Below are positions 50,436 to 63,822 of a stretch of DNA of 64,000 nucleotides, piece by piece. The notes under the pieces were generated by a model. It was not told where the DNA came from. It saw only the letters and a list, made by a program, of their open reading frames with translations, and made no database searches. The translations under genes were made by a program, and so were the position numbers. Each line of letters begins with the position of its first letter. Position 1 is the first letter of the stretch. The DNA comes from Eledone cirrhosa (taxonomy: Eukaryota), in assembly GCA_964016885.1 (NCBI GenBank), contig OZ024743.1, positions 153,078,001-153,142,000 of the forward strand. Reading direction: 5' to 3'.

Positions 50436-51084
50436 TAGGGTTCGGCAACATCTTTGCCTCCACAAGCCAGATCGAGTACTAATGATGGACAATGGGCTGG
50501 ACGAAGGCCATAAAAGAATAATTATGAAAAATTACACAAGCTAAAATTTAATCACGAGTCTTGACTATACTTAAAAATAATTTGTATTAACCACAGACGA
50601 ATGATGTCAGTTTCACAAATCAGAGATACGGGAGGTCGCTGTTGATGGAGTGAAGGCAGTACGGCAACTTAGACAATAGTACCTCTGAGGCAGTCTTTTT
50701 ATGTCCGCCGGCAGGCTCAAGTCGGCTCTCAGTTTTTTGTTTTATTTTTTACATGGGAGTGGTGGTGATTGGGTAGAAATGTTTCAGAATTGTATTGTTA
50801 TTATTTTTGTGTTGTGTAGTGGAAATGATGTGCGGAGCTCTGTGTATGCGACAAATTTTTAATTGTGTTTTGCTGTCAAACCGTTCACATCCAGTTGGTG
50901 GTGGAAATTAGGTAGTGTGAATCAGAAGATTTGTGGAAGAATGTAACAGCAGGCCTTTTATTGTATTCGTAAGTCTCGTCTCTCATATTACAATAAATCA
51001 AAATTTTAAATAAACAACTCACTGGGCATCAGTTCTCGCGGGCCGGTCAAAATCTCTTCGCGGGCCGTAGGTTGCTGACCCCTG
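50436..51084. mobile_element. Non-autonomous hAT (Charlie-like) element
   Basis: TIRs tagggttcggcaac / gttgctgacccctg; perfect 8-bp TSD tcttagat at 50428-50435 and 51085-51092. Confidence 0.9.
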
Positions 51085-51814
51085 TCTTAGATGTGTGTTT
51101 CCATATTAAAAATGGTATGACATGATATGAGGGATATTTGACTGCTATTTCTTACAGACCAAGTGACCACATAGACGGCTTGACGGTTTGGGCGGTCTTG
51201 TTAGTGTGTTATGGATGATGTTATTGTTGTTTTTTTTGTAGCCATCTGTTAGTTAAGATTAAGCAGACCTATCACATACAGGTATTTGGCTGATTGACCA
51301 TAGCTAAGAGTCATATTGCATAATTTAACATGTAGTGGTATCATATGCAGTGTGGGGGGTGTTCTGTTATAGACTTAACATTATCTACTCTCAAGGAAAT
51401 TAATCAGCTTCTCAGATTTTATTTCTATATGTCTGTAGATGTTGGCGGTGACTGCATTAGAAGCAAGCAAGTTATTCTTGGTCAAATGCTTATAGTGTAA
51501 GTAGCAACTTCTTGAGGAAATTAATCAGCTTTTCAGATTCTATTCCTAGGCCATATGTTCTAATAACTTTGTTAATATTATTAAGGGAGGCATGAAGAAT
51601 TCAACTCCAATTGTTTAACTCACTAGAGGTCAATAAATTGAATCATACATATGTTGAATATCTTTGATTACAGAAAATCAAGCTGTCAATTATCATGTTG
51701 TTTAACCCAAAGTCAACATTGAATCAGTAGCCCTGTGATTAAAAATATCTAACCCCTCTTCAACCAATTTCTTTTTCAGATAGAGTGTATCAAGCTATGA
51801 TCATATTAATCTGC

Positions 51815-51878
51815 CTTCTTCTTCTTCTTCTTCTTCTTCTTCTTCTTCTTCTTCTTCTTCTTCTTCTTCTTCTTCTTC
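51815..51878. repeat. (CTT)n microsatellite
   Basis: Direct reading. Confidence 0.95.
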
Positions 51879-52348
51879 CATCTACCATACTAAGAACACC
51901 TTTCTTCCCTGGGCATGGATACATTGAAGCTCCGATGTCTGACAACTAACTTGTTAAATACCCGCAAGATTATTAACCATCTTTCCAACAACAACCCTGA
52001 GCAACTTTTTGAATTCCATGTGTCTAACACACGTGGGCATGCCTACAAAGTCAGAAAACAGCACAGCTCCCATGACTTTTGTAAACATTTTTTCACGTTC
52101 AGAGTTGCTGAAGCATAGAACAAACTACCTGCATCAGTTGTTAGCTGGTGAGACACTGCATCCTTTAAAACCTCCATGGTTCCTGAAATTTGCCAGCATA
52201 GCACCTGATATTCCCCCTCCATACAAATGCCCACATGTATATCATGACTCATACACTGTTCACTTTCTTGACATTTGTATATTATTCTATGTACTATATA
52301 TGCACCTTTGGTGCATTGTAGTGCACCTGAGCACTGTACACAACACTT

Positions 52349-52350
<2 letters not shown>
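51879..52350 (+). mobile_element. CR1-type LINE 3' fragment ending in (ATT)11
   Basis: NTRGHAYK...KHFFTFRVAEA*NKLPASVV corresponds to the CR1 C-terminal TRGH..FF..RV...WN.LP motif. Confidence 0.8.
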
Positions 52351-52383
<33 letters not shown>

Positions 52384-52384
<1 letters not shown>

Positions 52385-54053
52385 TTTGAGTCTCAGTCAT
52401 TGATGTTATTTAACTGGAAAGTTTGTTGAAATGAATATCCAGCCGCTACCAGCGGTCTCAAATATTCAGGAGGTGTCGGAGGGTTCTTGCTGTTCCCAGC
52501 AAGCATGCCTTTTGAAGTGTTCCAAAAAGCGGGGCTGGACTAATCTTCTTTAACCATCCTTGGAAACTCTTTGAGATAGTACTTCATGGCAGTTCCAAAT
52601 CCTTTTTACTTCCAACTTTAAGTCCTGGTATCGGTTAATTTTCTCCCTCTTCTTTTCTTGCACTCTCGTGTCAAATGGCAGGCTACATCTACAATCAGCC
52701 ACAATCTTTTTTCCTTGTCCAAAACCACCAGGTCGGGCCTATTGTGTTCTAATTTCTTGTCCGTCTGTATCCTAAAATCCCAAAGTACCTTCACCTGATC
52801 GTTTTCTATCACCGACTCTGGCTTATGCTCATACCACTTCTCAGAATGTGGTAAATTGTTTACTTTGCATAGGTACCAGTGGATCACCCTGCCCATCACA
52901 TCATGTCTCCAGCCTTTATAGTGAGTCTGGGCTAGGTGTTTACACTCGGATACAATGTGAGCCACAGTCTCCTCTCTCTCTCCACAGATCCTACACAGTG
53001 GGCTAACCTCCTCCTTGTAAATATGGTGTTTCAGCCACTTCGTTTTGAGGGCCTGCTCTTGTGCAGCCATTAGCATTCCTTCTGTAGCCTTTTTAAGGTC
53101 TCCTCTTTTCAACCAGTTCCATGTCTGTGGATCTCTAAATTCAGTTTTCTCAAAGAAGGTACTATGAAGGGATTTTTCATGAAGGTTGCTCTTTCTCCTG
53201 GTTGTTATTTCCTCCTTGGACATCCTCTGGTCTATTGTCCTCTCCTTCAGTACAATTCTGAGCATTGGCTCCCTACTATCAGTCACGTATTTGTGTAGGT
53301 TGTTTTTCTCCATCTAAACACAGTCCTCTATGCTGATAAGACCTCTTCCACCTTCAGATCTCCTTAAGTAGAGTCTATCGACATCACTCCTCTTGTGGAA
53401 CATGTTGTAGATAGTCAATAATTTTCTAGTCTTCCTATCCATTTCTTTTTGTTCAGCATCATTCCATCTAAGAATTCCCGCACTGTACCTAATAATAGAC
53501 ACAGCTCGGTAATTTACTGCACTTATGGCATTTCTACTGTTCAGATGTGACTTTAATATGCTCCTTATTCTCCGAATGTATTCAGATCTTATCAATTCCT
53601 TCATTTTTTTGTTCTTGATGTCATCTGCCTCCAGAACACCTAAATATTTGTATCCTTCTTCAGTGTCAATTTCCTTTATCATCTCACCTGTTGGTACCTG
53701 GATTACGTTGCTTCTGCTCAATTTACCCCCTCTTCATCACAAGGACTCCACACTTACTAATACCAAATTGCATACATATATCATTGCTGAAAATACGGAG
53801 AGTGTCAACAAGCACATCCAACTCCTTCTCACTCTTCCTGAAGAGCTTAAGATCGTCCATGAAGAGGAGGTGATTGATGGTAAGCTCTCCCTTTCCCAAC
53901 TTGTATCCTGCTCTCCCTTTTCGCAGTATAATGGTCAGGGGGATCAGGGCAAGGATAAGCAACAAAGGGGTCAAACTATCTCCCTGGAAGATACCTCTCT
54001 TGATTTCCACGCCTCCCAAGGATTCTCAGCCCGATGTTAACTCTGTTTTCCAG
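52384..54053 (-). mobile_element. R4/Dong-type RLE LINE, 5'-truncated (Dong-A)
   Basis: RGIFQGDSL, HLLFMDDLKL, YKYLG, GGRGL, CRICG..ET..HIVSEC, RHD, WDFRIQTD..NRPDL; (TAA)n on both flanks in element sense. Confidence 0.92.
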
Positions 54054-54069
54054 ATTATTATTATTAATA

Positions 54070-54915
54070 TTATAGTTGCATTTATCTTGCTTTATGTTCA
54101 TACGAGTTATCACCAAGTCACAACCAGTGACCTCAAGACACAACAAGGTCCGCCATGTTCAAGAAAGATCATACATACACACACATGCATCTTTAGGTGT
54201 TTAGACTTGTGATGTACTTATATTGACAGAATCTTCCTTAGTATATGGGCAGTTCCCATTAGTACTATCTTTTGTATTTCTCCTATATGTGGGTTTCCTG
54301 GGATTTGCGATAAGTAATCATTAGACCCCTTAGGTATCAGTCCTAGAGCAGCTACAACCAGTGGTATTGTTTTAGTTTCCAATTTCCACCTTTTTCCAAT
54401 TTCTATCTCCAGGTCCTTATACTTGCTCAATTTTTCAAATGTTTTTATAGATATATTCCTTTCTATTGGAACAGACATATCAATTAGCAGGCGTACCCTC
54501 TTTTTAAAGTCATTCAGTATTATATCAGGTCTATTTGCATCTATTTTTCGGTTTGTTTGGATGCTAAAGTTCCACAAGATTGAGATGTGATCTCTTTCAA
54601 GTATGGGAGGTGGTTGATGCTCCCACCAATTCTTTTGATGGGGCAGGTCAAAATGCTTACACACTATCCAATGTATGTATTGTGCAGCTCTGTCATGCCT
54701 GTTTAGGTATTCGGTTGGAGCTATAGGACTGCACATTGAAATTATATGATCAATGGCCTCTGGTTGCATAATGGGTTGCATCCATTTTTTATTATGTTGG
54801 CTTGGTAATTTTTTGTTGGCAGACACTGATCTTGTGCTGATATAATCAGTCCTTCAGTCTCCGATTTCAGTCCAGAGGATGCCAACCACTGATGGGTTAA
54901 AGTTTTGTCAACATC
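54070..54915 (-). mobile_element. Second R4/Dong-type family 3' fragment (Dong-B)
   Basis: LKSETEGLIISAQDQ, HIISMC, RHD, NRPDI, KLSKYKDL, GTAHILRKILSI; ATT tracts on both flanks. Confidence 0.9.
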
Positions 54916-54930
54916 ATTATTATTATTATT

Positions 54931-54991
54931 ACACTGGGTAATTGCTGGCCTTGTGCCTAAATTAGAAACAATTACTATTATTATTATTATT
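54931..54991 (+). mobile_element. SINE family A 3' stub
   Basis: acactgggtaattgctggccttgtgcctaaattagaaaca plus ATT tail. Confidence 0.85.
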
Positions 54992-54994
54992 GTT

Positions 54995-55991
54995 CTTTGA
55001 GTCTCTGTCATTGATGTTAGTTAACTGGAAAGTTTGTTGAAATGAATATCAAGCCACTACCTGCCACCTCAGATATTCAGGACGTATCAGAGGCTTCTTG
55101 CTGTTCCCAGCAAGCATGCCTTTTGAAGTGTTCCAAAAAGCGGGGCGGCGCCAATTTTCTTTAACCATTCTTGGAAACTCTTTGAGATAGTACCTAGTGT
55201 GCCTATGACAATGGCAGTTCCAAATCCTTTTTACCTCCCACTTTAAGTCCTGGTATCGGTTAATTTCCTCCCTCTCCTTCTCTTGCACTCTCGTGTCATA
55301 TGGGCAGGCCACATCTACAACCAGGCCCAATCTTTTTTCCTTGTCCAAAACCACTAGGTCAGGTCTATTGTGTTCCAGTTTCTTGTCTGTCTATATCCTA
55401 ACATTACACAGCACCTTCACCTGATCGTTTTCTATCACTGAATCTGGCTTATGCTCATACCACTTCTCAGAATGTGGTAAATTGTTTACTTTGCATAGGT
55501 GCCAGTGGATCACCCTACCCATCACATCATGTCTCCAGCCTTTATAGTGAGTCTGGGCTAGGTGTTTACACTCGGATACAATGTGATCCACATTCTCCTC
55601 TCTCTCTCCTCAGATCCTGCGCAGTAGGCTAGCCTCCTCCTTGTAAATACGGTGTTTCAGCCACCTCGTTTTGAGGGCCTGCTCATGCGCAGTCAATAGC
55701 ATTCCTTCTGTAGCCTTTTTAAGGTCTCCCCTTTTCAACCAGTTCCATGTCTGTGGATCTCTGAATTCAGTTTTCTCAAAGAAGGTACTATGAAGGGATT
55801 TTTCATGAAGGCTGCTCTTTCTCATTGTTGTTATTTCCTCCTTGGACATCCCCTTGTCTATTGTCCTCTCCTTCAGTACAATTCTGAGCATTGGCACCTT
55901 ACTATCAGTCACGTATTTGTGTAGGTTGTTTTTCTCCATCTGAACACAGTCCTCTATGCTGATAAGACCTCTTCCCCCTTCGGATCTCCTT
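54995..55991 (-). mobile_element. Dong-A second copy, 5'-truncated
   Basis: Aligns with 52384-53365, including the 3' end ctttgagtctc.gtcattgatgtta. Confidence 0.92.
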
Positions 55992-55993
55992 TT

Positions 55994-56183
55994 ATTGGCA
56001 GTATCGATGAATAGCGGTGGATTGGCAGTATCGGTAGACTTTGACGCATAGATTTACATCCCTTGCCATTCTGATTTCAAATCCCCCCAAGGTTAACTTT
56101 GCCTTTCATCCTTACGGGGTCGATAAAATAAAGTACCAGTAATGCACTGGGTAATTGCTGGCCTTGTGCCTAAAGTAGAAACA

Positions 56184-56273
<90 letters not shown>
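55994..56273 (+). mobile_element. SINE family A (duplicated head fragment) with (ATT)30 tail
   Basis: attggcagtatcg at 55994 and 56021; body to 56183; (ATT)30 at 56184-56273. Confidence 0.9.
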
Positions 56274-56484
56274 GGCGACCTACGTAGTAAATCGTATCAT
56301 CGTGAGCTCCGCAAAGGTTTGTTATTTCCGTTTGTTAAAAATTGCCATTTATGGAATTTTTTTTATTGTTAACTATATATAAGCACTCATACATTGTTTT
56401 TCGAAAAGGACACCCAAAAAGATTGGGGCCTTGTGCCCAAATTTTAAACTTTTATGATTATCAAAAAATTTCTTTGAAAAAAAA

Positions 56485-58495
56485 ATGGATAATTCACCAC
56501 TGCACCAAGCAGCTGAAAGACTTTCTCACAAATTAACACCTCACACCAACACCACCATTGTAAATGATTATACGTCTTCCAACACAAACAATTTAAGCAC
56601 GAGCAATATTTTAAATTTGTCTCAGGCAGACATTCATTTCCCGCCATTACCAATTACTGCAGGTGTTAAAGCCGCCACCACCACCACCACCGCGACAACA
56701 GAAACAAAAGGAAAAAATAAATCAACTCGTGATGTCGAAATATTTTCAACAAAAATGGACTCTCCCAAACCGACTTTCACTGACGTCACCACCACCACAA
56801 CTAAAACTAAAATTAATAATAACAAAAATAACGATAGCAACAACAACAACAATGACATTAAAAAAACCACCCTGAGTTTTGCCAGAGTAGCAAAACAGTG
56901 CGAAGCATTTACGGTAACTCAGGAGGATTTAGAAAATGCCAAACAAATGGTAAAGAAAGATGGGTACAGGGTCAGTCTCACCCCCCCACCCCACCTAATA
57001 AAATGGAGCATCGGCGCCTATGCACCGTGTCGTATCGAACAATAAATGTAAAATCGCGCCGAGTGGAACGGGCATCCGAGTCCCAAATCCAAAAAGCTTT
57101 GGGACATGTGTGGGCAAGAAAAACCCACATCAGACCTGGGCAGAAGTATGGAACCGTGGACGTGTTCTTTGAAACACCAGAGGAGGCTAGAGAACACTCC
57201 ATGGCCCCATTAAGAAGTGACAACTTCACACTCGTCCCAAGCTATTGTGGCCAGAGACTCGTAAAGATCAGGGTGACCCACGTTCCACCGGCCATCGAAA
57301 TTCCCTGGCTAATAGGGGCCGTCCTCGCCGGCATCGAAGCCAACACAAAGATAATAGCAATAGCAAAAGAAATGCAGGAGATCTGGTCCGGATCTGGGAT
57401 GGAGCTCCTGATCCAAGCGGACCAAAAAAGCATTGAGGAGTTCCTAGAGGTAATAGACCTCACTGACGGCAGCCACCTCACCGTAATTGTCGAGGGCAGA
57501 AGGCCTAGGTGTGTAGTTTGTGGTGAAGGAACCCACCTAAGGGCTTTCTGCCCTCAGGCTAAAAGGTTGAGGCCACCTCTCCTACCCACCCCAGTGACAC
57601 AACCATCAACACCACCAGTAGCAGAGATGGCAGCAACAACTGTAGCAGCAACAACAGAAGCAACTATAACAGCAACAACCCCAGCAACAGTAGCAAAACC
57701 AACACCACCACCACCAGCAAAACCAACACCACCACCACCAGCAAAACCAACACCACCACCACCAGCAAAACCAACACCACCACCACCCAACGCTTCAGAA
57801 CTAGCACCAGCGCCTACACCATCCACCACGCCACAACCAAAACCAACGCCTGTGGAGGATTTTCCACTCCCCGGCCTATCACAACTGGAGACAGATTGTG
57901 ACGACGAGGAGTGGGAAATGGTATCAGGAAAAAAAAAAGAAACCAAAAAAGAAAAAATTCTCTTCCTTCCCCCTCCAAAAACAAAATACAGAGGGAAACA
58001 AATAAATTAACAAACAAAAAAGTTAGGACAGATATGCCACCATCCACACCAGCATCACCAACCCCATCAACCCAAACACCAACACCATCACCATCATTAA
58101 CCCCAACACCACCATCACCTACACCACAAAAGTCACCAAAATGCGAAAGAGAAACAAACCCACAACAAACGCAAACAAAACAAAACAACCAAAACGATAC
58201 ACACTACACAGCATTAAATTTGAACAACAACCAATTATTACACTACATCCAACACAACACCAGCATCACAGAAAAAGATGACACAACAACCCACAAATTC
58301 ACACCACCTCCACACATACAAATCACTCGCATCACACAGAAAACGTACATGACACTAAAACAAAAATTCCCCAAAGACATCGGAGACTTCCGACAAGCAC
58401 TCTCCAGGAGGATTTATAAGGACATCCTTCCCGAGGAGGCCACAAGCAGTGAAAAGGATGGAAAAACCGTCCTTCCCCTACGAAAAGTAAGGTAA
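56485..58495 (+). pseudogene. Tx1 ORF1 (gag-like, CCHC zinc knuckle, Pro/Thr-rich), two frameshifts
   Basis: Joined from ORFs 56485-57045, 56898-58010 and 57911-58495; RCVVCGEGTHLRAFCP; shifts fall near a C-run (about 56985) and an A-run (about 57930). Confidence 0.8.
57693..57788 (+). repeat. 24-bp coding tandem repeat x4 (AKPTPPPP)
   Basis: gcaaaaccaacaccaccaccacca repeated. Confidence 0.9.
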
Positions 58496-58529
58496 GTGGT
58501 CTTTCCCATCTTTTCCACTCCATTTCAAC

Positions 58530-61500
58530 ATGACCTCACTCAGAAGAGGCAGCATAAATGCGCGTGGCTTGGGGTCGTCATGGAAGAAGGGCCACCTGCT
58601 CAACGACCTCAGGTCACTAAACATAGATGTAGTGGCCATCAGCGAGACCAGAATCTCCGAAGCACGGGCCTTCGCACCAATCTTCGGCGGCTACGATGTG
58701 TACGCATCTCCCAGCCGTCCGGGATCGGGGGGAGGAGTTGCTATGCTTTTTCGGAGAGGTTTGGATCTTGCCATACGGGCCACCTTCCTGGACCCAGAAG
58801 GTAAGTTGGTGGTGCTGGACGTGACCAGCGGAGAAGGGCAAGCTTTCAGGTTAGTGGCCGTCTATGCTTCCGGCGTCTGGAGACCTTTCTTGGAACGTCC
58901 CGCTCTTTAGTGTTAGTGGGCGACTGGAACGGGATCTTGGATGCACGCTGGGATTGTGTGGGATTAGTGGATAGGGAAGGAGGGTGCAAGAGTCTCACCA
59001 ACCTGCTCAGGCGTTTTGAACTGTCTGACAGGTACCGAATGGATTTCCCGAATGTACCAATGTGGACTTGCACAAATCGCATAGGGTCATCCAGATCATA
59101 TCTAGATAGAGTATTTTGTAGGGAAATGGATAGGTCTAGCATAGGTTGTCCACAATTCAAGATAGTCAGCTACACGGACCAAAAATTCGTGATCTGTGTG
59201 CTTGACTTAGATAGGCTTCATAGACGTGGACCCGGCTACTGGAAGCTAAACGCGTCCTTACCAGCGCGCAAGGCCTACAGAGACCGGATTAGCGAACTAG
59301 TTAAGCGGGCGTTGACGGGGGCCATCGTCAACAACAAGTGGTGGTTTGCTCTGAAAAGAGCAATTAGAATAGAGTCCATTAGGTTTAGTAAGGCTTTAGC
59401 AATAGAGAAAAATAGAGCAGAGGGAGAATAAGTTAGAAAATTAGACGAGGCGCTTAGTAAAGGCATCGCTACCGACGTACGTGCGGCGAAATTGGCCCTT
59501 GACCAATTCTTCAATGCAAAGCACGAAGGCTGCGTTGTCAGAGCTAGGGTGCGTGCTCTCAGACACGAGGGGACGAAAGCCGTTCAATGGGCCCGAGTGG
59601 AGGAGGCGCGTCGTGGCAACAAAGCCACGATCCGGTCTTTGCTGGACCACGACGGGCGCATGCTACTCGATCCCGGGCAAATGTGTGAAGCTTTTCAGCG
59701 ACACTTCGCTCAACTGTTCGGGGGCAGTGGCGGGCCGGATCGAGGGATGGACTTTAGTGTCTACCTCGACGGACTGCCGCGGCTTTCGGCCACTGAGGCG
59801 GAGTGTTGCGAAAAGCCGATAACAACCGCTGAAGTACGGGAGGCAATGACTGGCTGCACAAGGGGTAAATCGCCTGGTTTAGATGGTCTGCCCTATGAAC
59901 TTTACGTACAAATGCCAGACTTGTTCGGAGGCCTCTTGGTGGACGTCTACTGCAACTGGCAACAGAACGGGAGAATTCCCAGCTCTGTGAGCCGAGGATC
60001 GGTGGCGCTGCTGAGAAAGGATCCGAACAAGGGGGATAACATAGATAATTTTAGGCCCATAACTCTGCTAAACACAGAGTTCAAGATTTTGGCCAAGGTG
60101 CTAGCAAAGAGGTTGGCGCTTGTCGTTGGTGGTCTGGTGGGAGAGGCACAGACATGCGCCATTCCCGACAGATCCATCCACGACAACCTCCACCTCATGC
60201 GATACATCGTAGAGAGGGTAGCTAGGGAACCTGGCACGGGTGGGTCATTGATCAATTTAGATCAGTCGAAAGCTTTCGATAGGGTCGACCATCGTTACCT
60301 AGCGGCAGTCCTGAGGGCGGCTGGCTTTGGGCCCGTCTTCAGAGGTTGGATCTCTACCATGCACAGCGACATCTGCTCTGTAGTGAGAGTGAACGGTCAC
60401 CTTTCGGAAACGTTCAACATAATGCGCTCGGTCCGCCAAGGATGTCCCCTCTCGTCCCTATTGTAGGTATTGACTCTCGAGCCATTACTGCACAAACTGG
60501 AGACGCTGAGGGGGGTCCCGCGCGAACTAGGATGCGGAAGATCCGTGTCAGCATATGCGGACGATGTCACCCTAGTGGTGTCGAACGCCAAACACATCGA
60601 GGCGATCGGCACTACACTAAGAGAATACGAAGCGGTGACAGGAGCAATGATCAACCAGGAAAAGTCAGTGGGCCTGCAGCTCGGCACCTGGAGAGGCAGG
60701 TCCATGCCGTCCAACAGCGTCGTCGGGCGCTGGACGGACGGACCGGTTAAATTGCTAGGGGTCTGGTTCGGTCCAGACCTCCAGACGGACAAAAACAGGG
60801 ACGAGGTGACGAGCAGGGTGGCTTCTCTCACCCAGAAATGGGCCGAGAGGAAGCTATCCCTGAAAGGTCGAGCGGAGGTGGCTAACGCGTACATCGCGTC
60901 CGTCATCTACTACCGCCTGACCGTCGTACCTTGTCCTAAGCCCCGCCTGACTGCGCTGGAGCGTTTGCTCTTTCGCTTCTTGTGGAAGGGACGCGCTCCG
61001 ATGGTCAGGCGGTCCATCTGCTGTCAACACCCGCTACGTGGAGGGCTGGGCATGCCGTGGCTGATGATGCGCAGACACGCGCTCAGGCTACGACATCTCC
61101 ACCTCTTCCTCGACGGTGATCAGGTGTGGTCGCCGTTTGCTAGACACGTTTTTCCCCAGCTCGTCTCCTTGACGGAGCTGCAGTCCTGGGTCAAGCGAAG
61201 ACTGGGAGGGAGCGCTTGGAGACTGGAATGTCTTCAGGCGCTCACAGCCCTCGACCAATCGGGCAATGTGATCGGTGGAAACTCCACCTTGGCGTTCTAT
61301 AGGGGATTAGTGGAGGGTAAGAGCGACGACGTACTTGGAGAAACTCTAGGCGTCGACGAAAATCAACTAGCCAATCTCTTCGGAAGGACTTTCGGGCCGG
61401 GGCCTATGGACAACTTCCAGAAATCCCTGGCCTGGCAGTGCTACCGGGGTGCTTTGCCAGTTCAGGATAAACTCTACAGGCATGGAGGTGCCGTCAGCCG

Positions 61501-61926
61501 GGCATGTCCGAGATGCGCGCAGGGCGACGAAACCGTCCTGCATGCACTCGACTCGTCCAGTGTCCGAGCATTGCTGACTTGTGGGTTTATGTTGAACACC
61601 TGCTGTCACGTGTAGGACGGATCCAGCTATCAGCTGAGTCCATCGTGAGGATTGCCCTGCCCTCTTCCTTTAGCCGGGAAGGGCAAGCATTTTATATCTG
61701 TCTGGTGGCCATGGCGAAAGAGATATTATGGTGGACACGTTTGAAGGGGCTGAAGACGAGCACTTACCTCTTTGGTGATGCCCTGATTAACTTTTTCAAA
61801 TTTCATTTGAAAAGGAAAATCAGGGTAGAGAAGGAAGTGCTCTCTTCCCAGCATTTTGTTGAAAGATGCGTGAGAGAAGCAAGTATGGCCCGAATGAATG
61901 GGCCTTCTCTGAGTATGTGTCTGTAA
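58530..61926 (+). pseudogene. Tx1 ORF2 (endonuclease, reverse transcriptase, zinc knuckle), disrupted
   Basis: SINARGL, ISET, VGDWN, SYLDR, WKLN, SPGLDG, RPITLLN, LDQSKAFDRVDH, QGCPLS, AYADD, GGLG, CPRC..ETVLHAL..C; frameshifts near 58870 and 61550, stops at 59429 and 60464. Confidence 0.92.
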
Positions 61927-63602
61927 ATTAAAGGTGGAAAACTGGGAGAGGGCACTTGCCCTGGTGGTCAGGGTCACTGTGGTCTTTTAATGGGCTTTCT
62001 CCACAAATGTCCCTCGGAAGTCTCCCCCCTATTGGGGAATTTTTCTTTGTTATTTTATTACATCCTCTGTTTTTTACACGCAGAAATGCCCATTTGTACC
62101 GTCCTGTATTGTCCTGTACTGTCCTTAATGTCTACTTTATGTAAACCCTTGTGGTTAATAAAGAAAATATTATTATTATTATTATTATTATTATTAAATG
62201 TTTATTCTTTTCATTTAAATTTTATATATTAAAAAAAGAATTGGTTTCTTCATCCTAATTTATTTATATTAAATTAATATTACAAATATAGTCAGTTACT
62301 TCATTTTCCTAATCAGAAATATCTACCAAATTCCAAAGAGTGATCTAACTAATGAAGGACTATTTTGAAAGAAGTAAGATACACCTCACACATGGGCAAA
62401 ATTTCCACCACATTCAGATTTGAATCCACACACCTTGAAGTCCATATAAAAAATGGTTTAAACTTCAGTAAAAGAAAATGGACTACTCTCAGCTTCAACA
62501 ATGTGTTTTCCTGTTGTATGAGCAACAGGATAGCATACTAATTAATTGAATGTGTATGCGGCTGAGTATTCCACAGACATGTATACTTGGGTTTCTCTCT
62601 TGGGATCCTGTTCTGCTTTAAACTATTTTGGATTTCCTGGTAAATGCTTTTCCTATTTTATTTATATTTGACATCATTATTGACGACATTCATTAGTATT
62701 CTATATATTGTATGATTTATTTTCATTGTATTGAACTACTTCAAACAAATTTCCAAATTGTTTGTTTGGTGGTGGATTGACAGAATTGTTAAAGTGTCAG
62801 ATGCCGTGGGGCATTGATTCCAGCTTTCTTGCATTCTGAATTTTTGAGTGGAAGACTAAATCAGTTGCTTTGTTTAACAACCCCACCCTGTTCTCTGATT
62901 TTCTTTGGTTGTGTGCTTTTGAACCAGGTATCCAGTTTGAGGATAACTGCTTCTCTTGATCTTTTGTTTTGCTACCCATCATCTGAGATAACTTTAGATT
63001 CCATTGTATAAAACCATCCTTTTTAATGCATTTATTTTCAAATTTAAACCGTCCATCATAATTTTAAGTAAAAATCTTTTGTTAAATTATATTTCGAACG
63101 CTAGCTTATTCATGGAAAATTTAGTTATTTTACTCAATCTCTCCAAATTCTTGCTTATTAAAATAAAATCAAGGAATTGCATGAACAACGTATTTTTGTT
63201 AGGAAATGATAATGAAAAAGTTAAATAAAAACATCATATCTAGTGTATAAGTTGAAGATAAACTATTCATTTAATCAGCATACTAATTGTAGTCATCTTC
63301 TTATTATGAATTGCTATCTTAAGATTAATATCTTAAATATGTGGTCTCCATTTTTAAGATGAAGAGTTTGTTGGGGGCAAAATATTGTAGTAATATTGGC
63401 AGGTTAGGAAACTTATGGTTATACCTTTTAATTGGTGTGGTTATTTTTGTGTTGCAACAATTATTTATGGATAGCCAGAATTAGTTTTACATGGGTAAAA
63501 ACTATATGGCACAGGGTGAATTAATTGCACAAAGCATTCAGATCAAAAGATCAACATGTCAAACTGTAGCAAGCCTACTAGAATTGTGATCATACTGTTT
63601 AA

Positions 63603-63822
63603 CCCTTTAGCGTTTAAACCGGCTCTATCTGGCCAGAATTCTCTCACCTATTTCTGTTCAAACTGGCTATAACCAGCTTCTCATACTGATGTTAAGTTAT
63701 TGTTCTCAAAATAAATAATATAAAAATCTCATAGATTCGATATTATGTGAGATAATAATGTAAAATAAAGGGTTTACCACAAAATACAACAGTATATATA
63801 GAGTAATGTAAATGCTAAAGGT
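63603..63822. mobile_element. piggyBac-type MITE
   Basis: TTAA at 63599-63602 and 63823-63826; TIRs ccctttagcgttta / taaatgctaaaggt. Confidence 0.75.

Larger units (their letters stand above)
56274..62168 (+). mobile_element. Near full-length L1/Tx1-clade LINE inserted in (ATT)n
   Basis: 5' UTR, ORF1, ORF2 (APE-RT-CCHC), aataaa at 62157; flanked by (ATT)30 and (ATT)9; no poly(A). Confidence 0.92.

Noticed and set aside
57554-58188. Gly/Val-rich minus-strand ORFs
   Set aside because: Antisense shadow of the Pro/Thr-rich Tx1 ORF1
59429-60466. Programmed readthrough or selenocysteine at ORF2 stops
   Set aside because: The stops are TAA and TAG and are accompanied by frameshifts; ordinary decay is the simpler explanation
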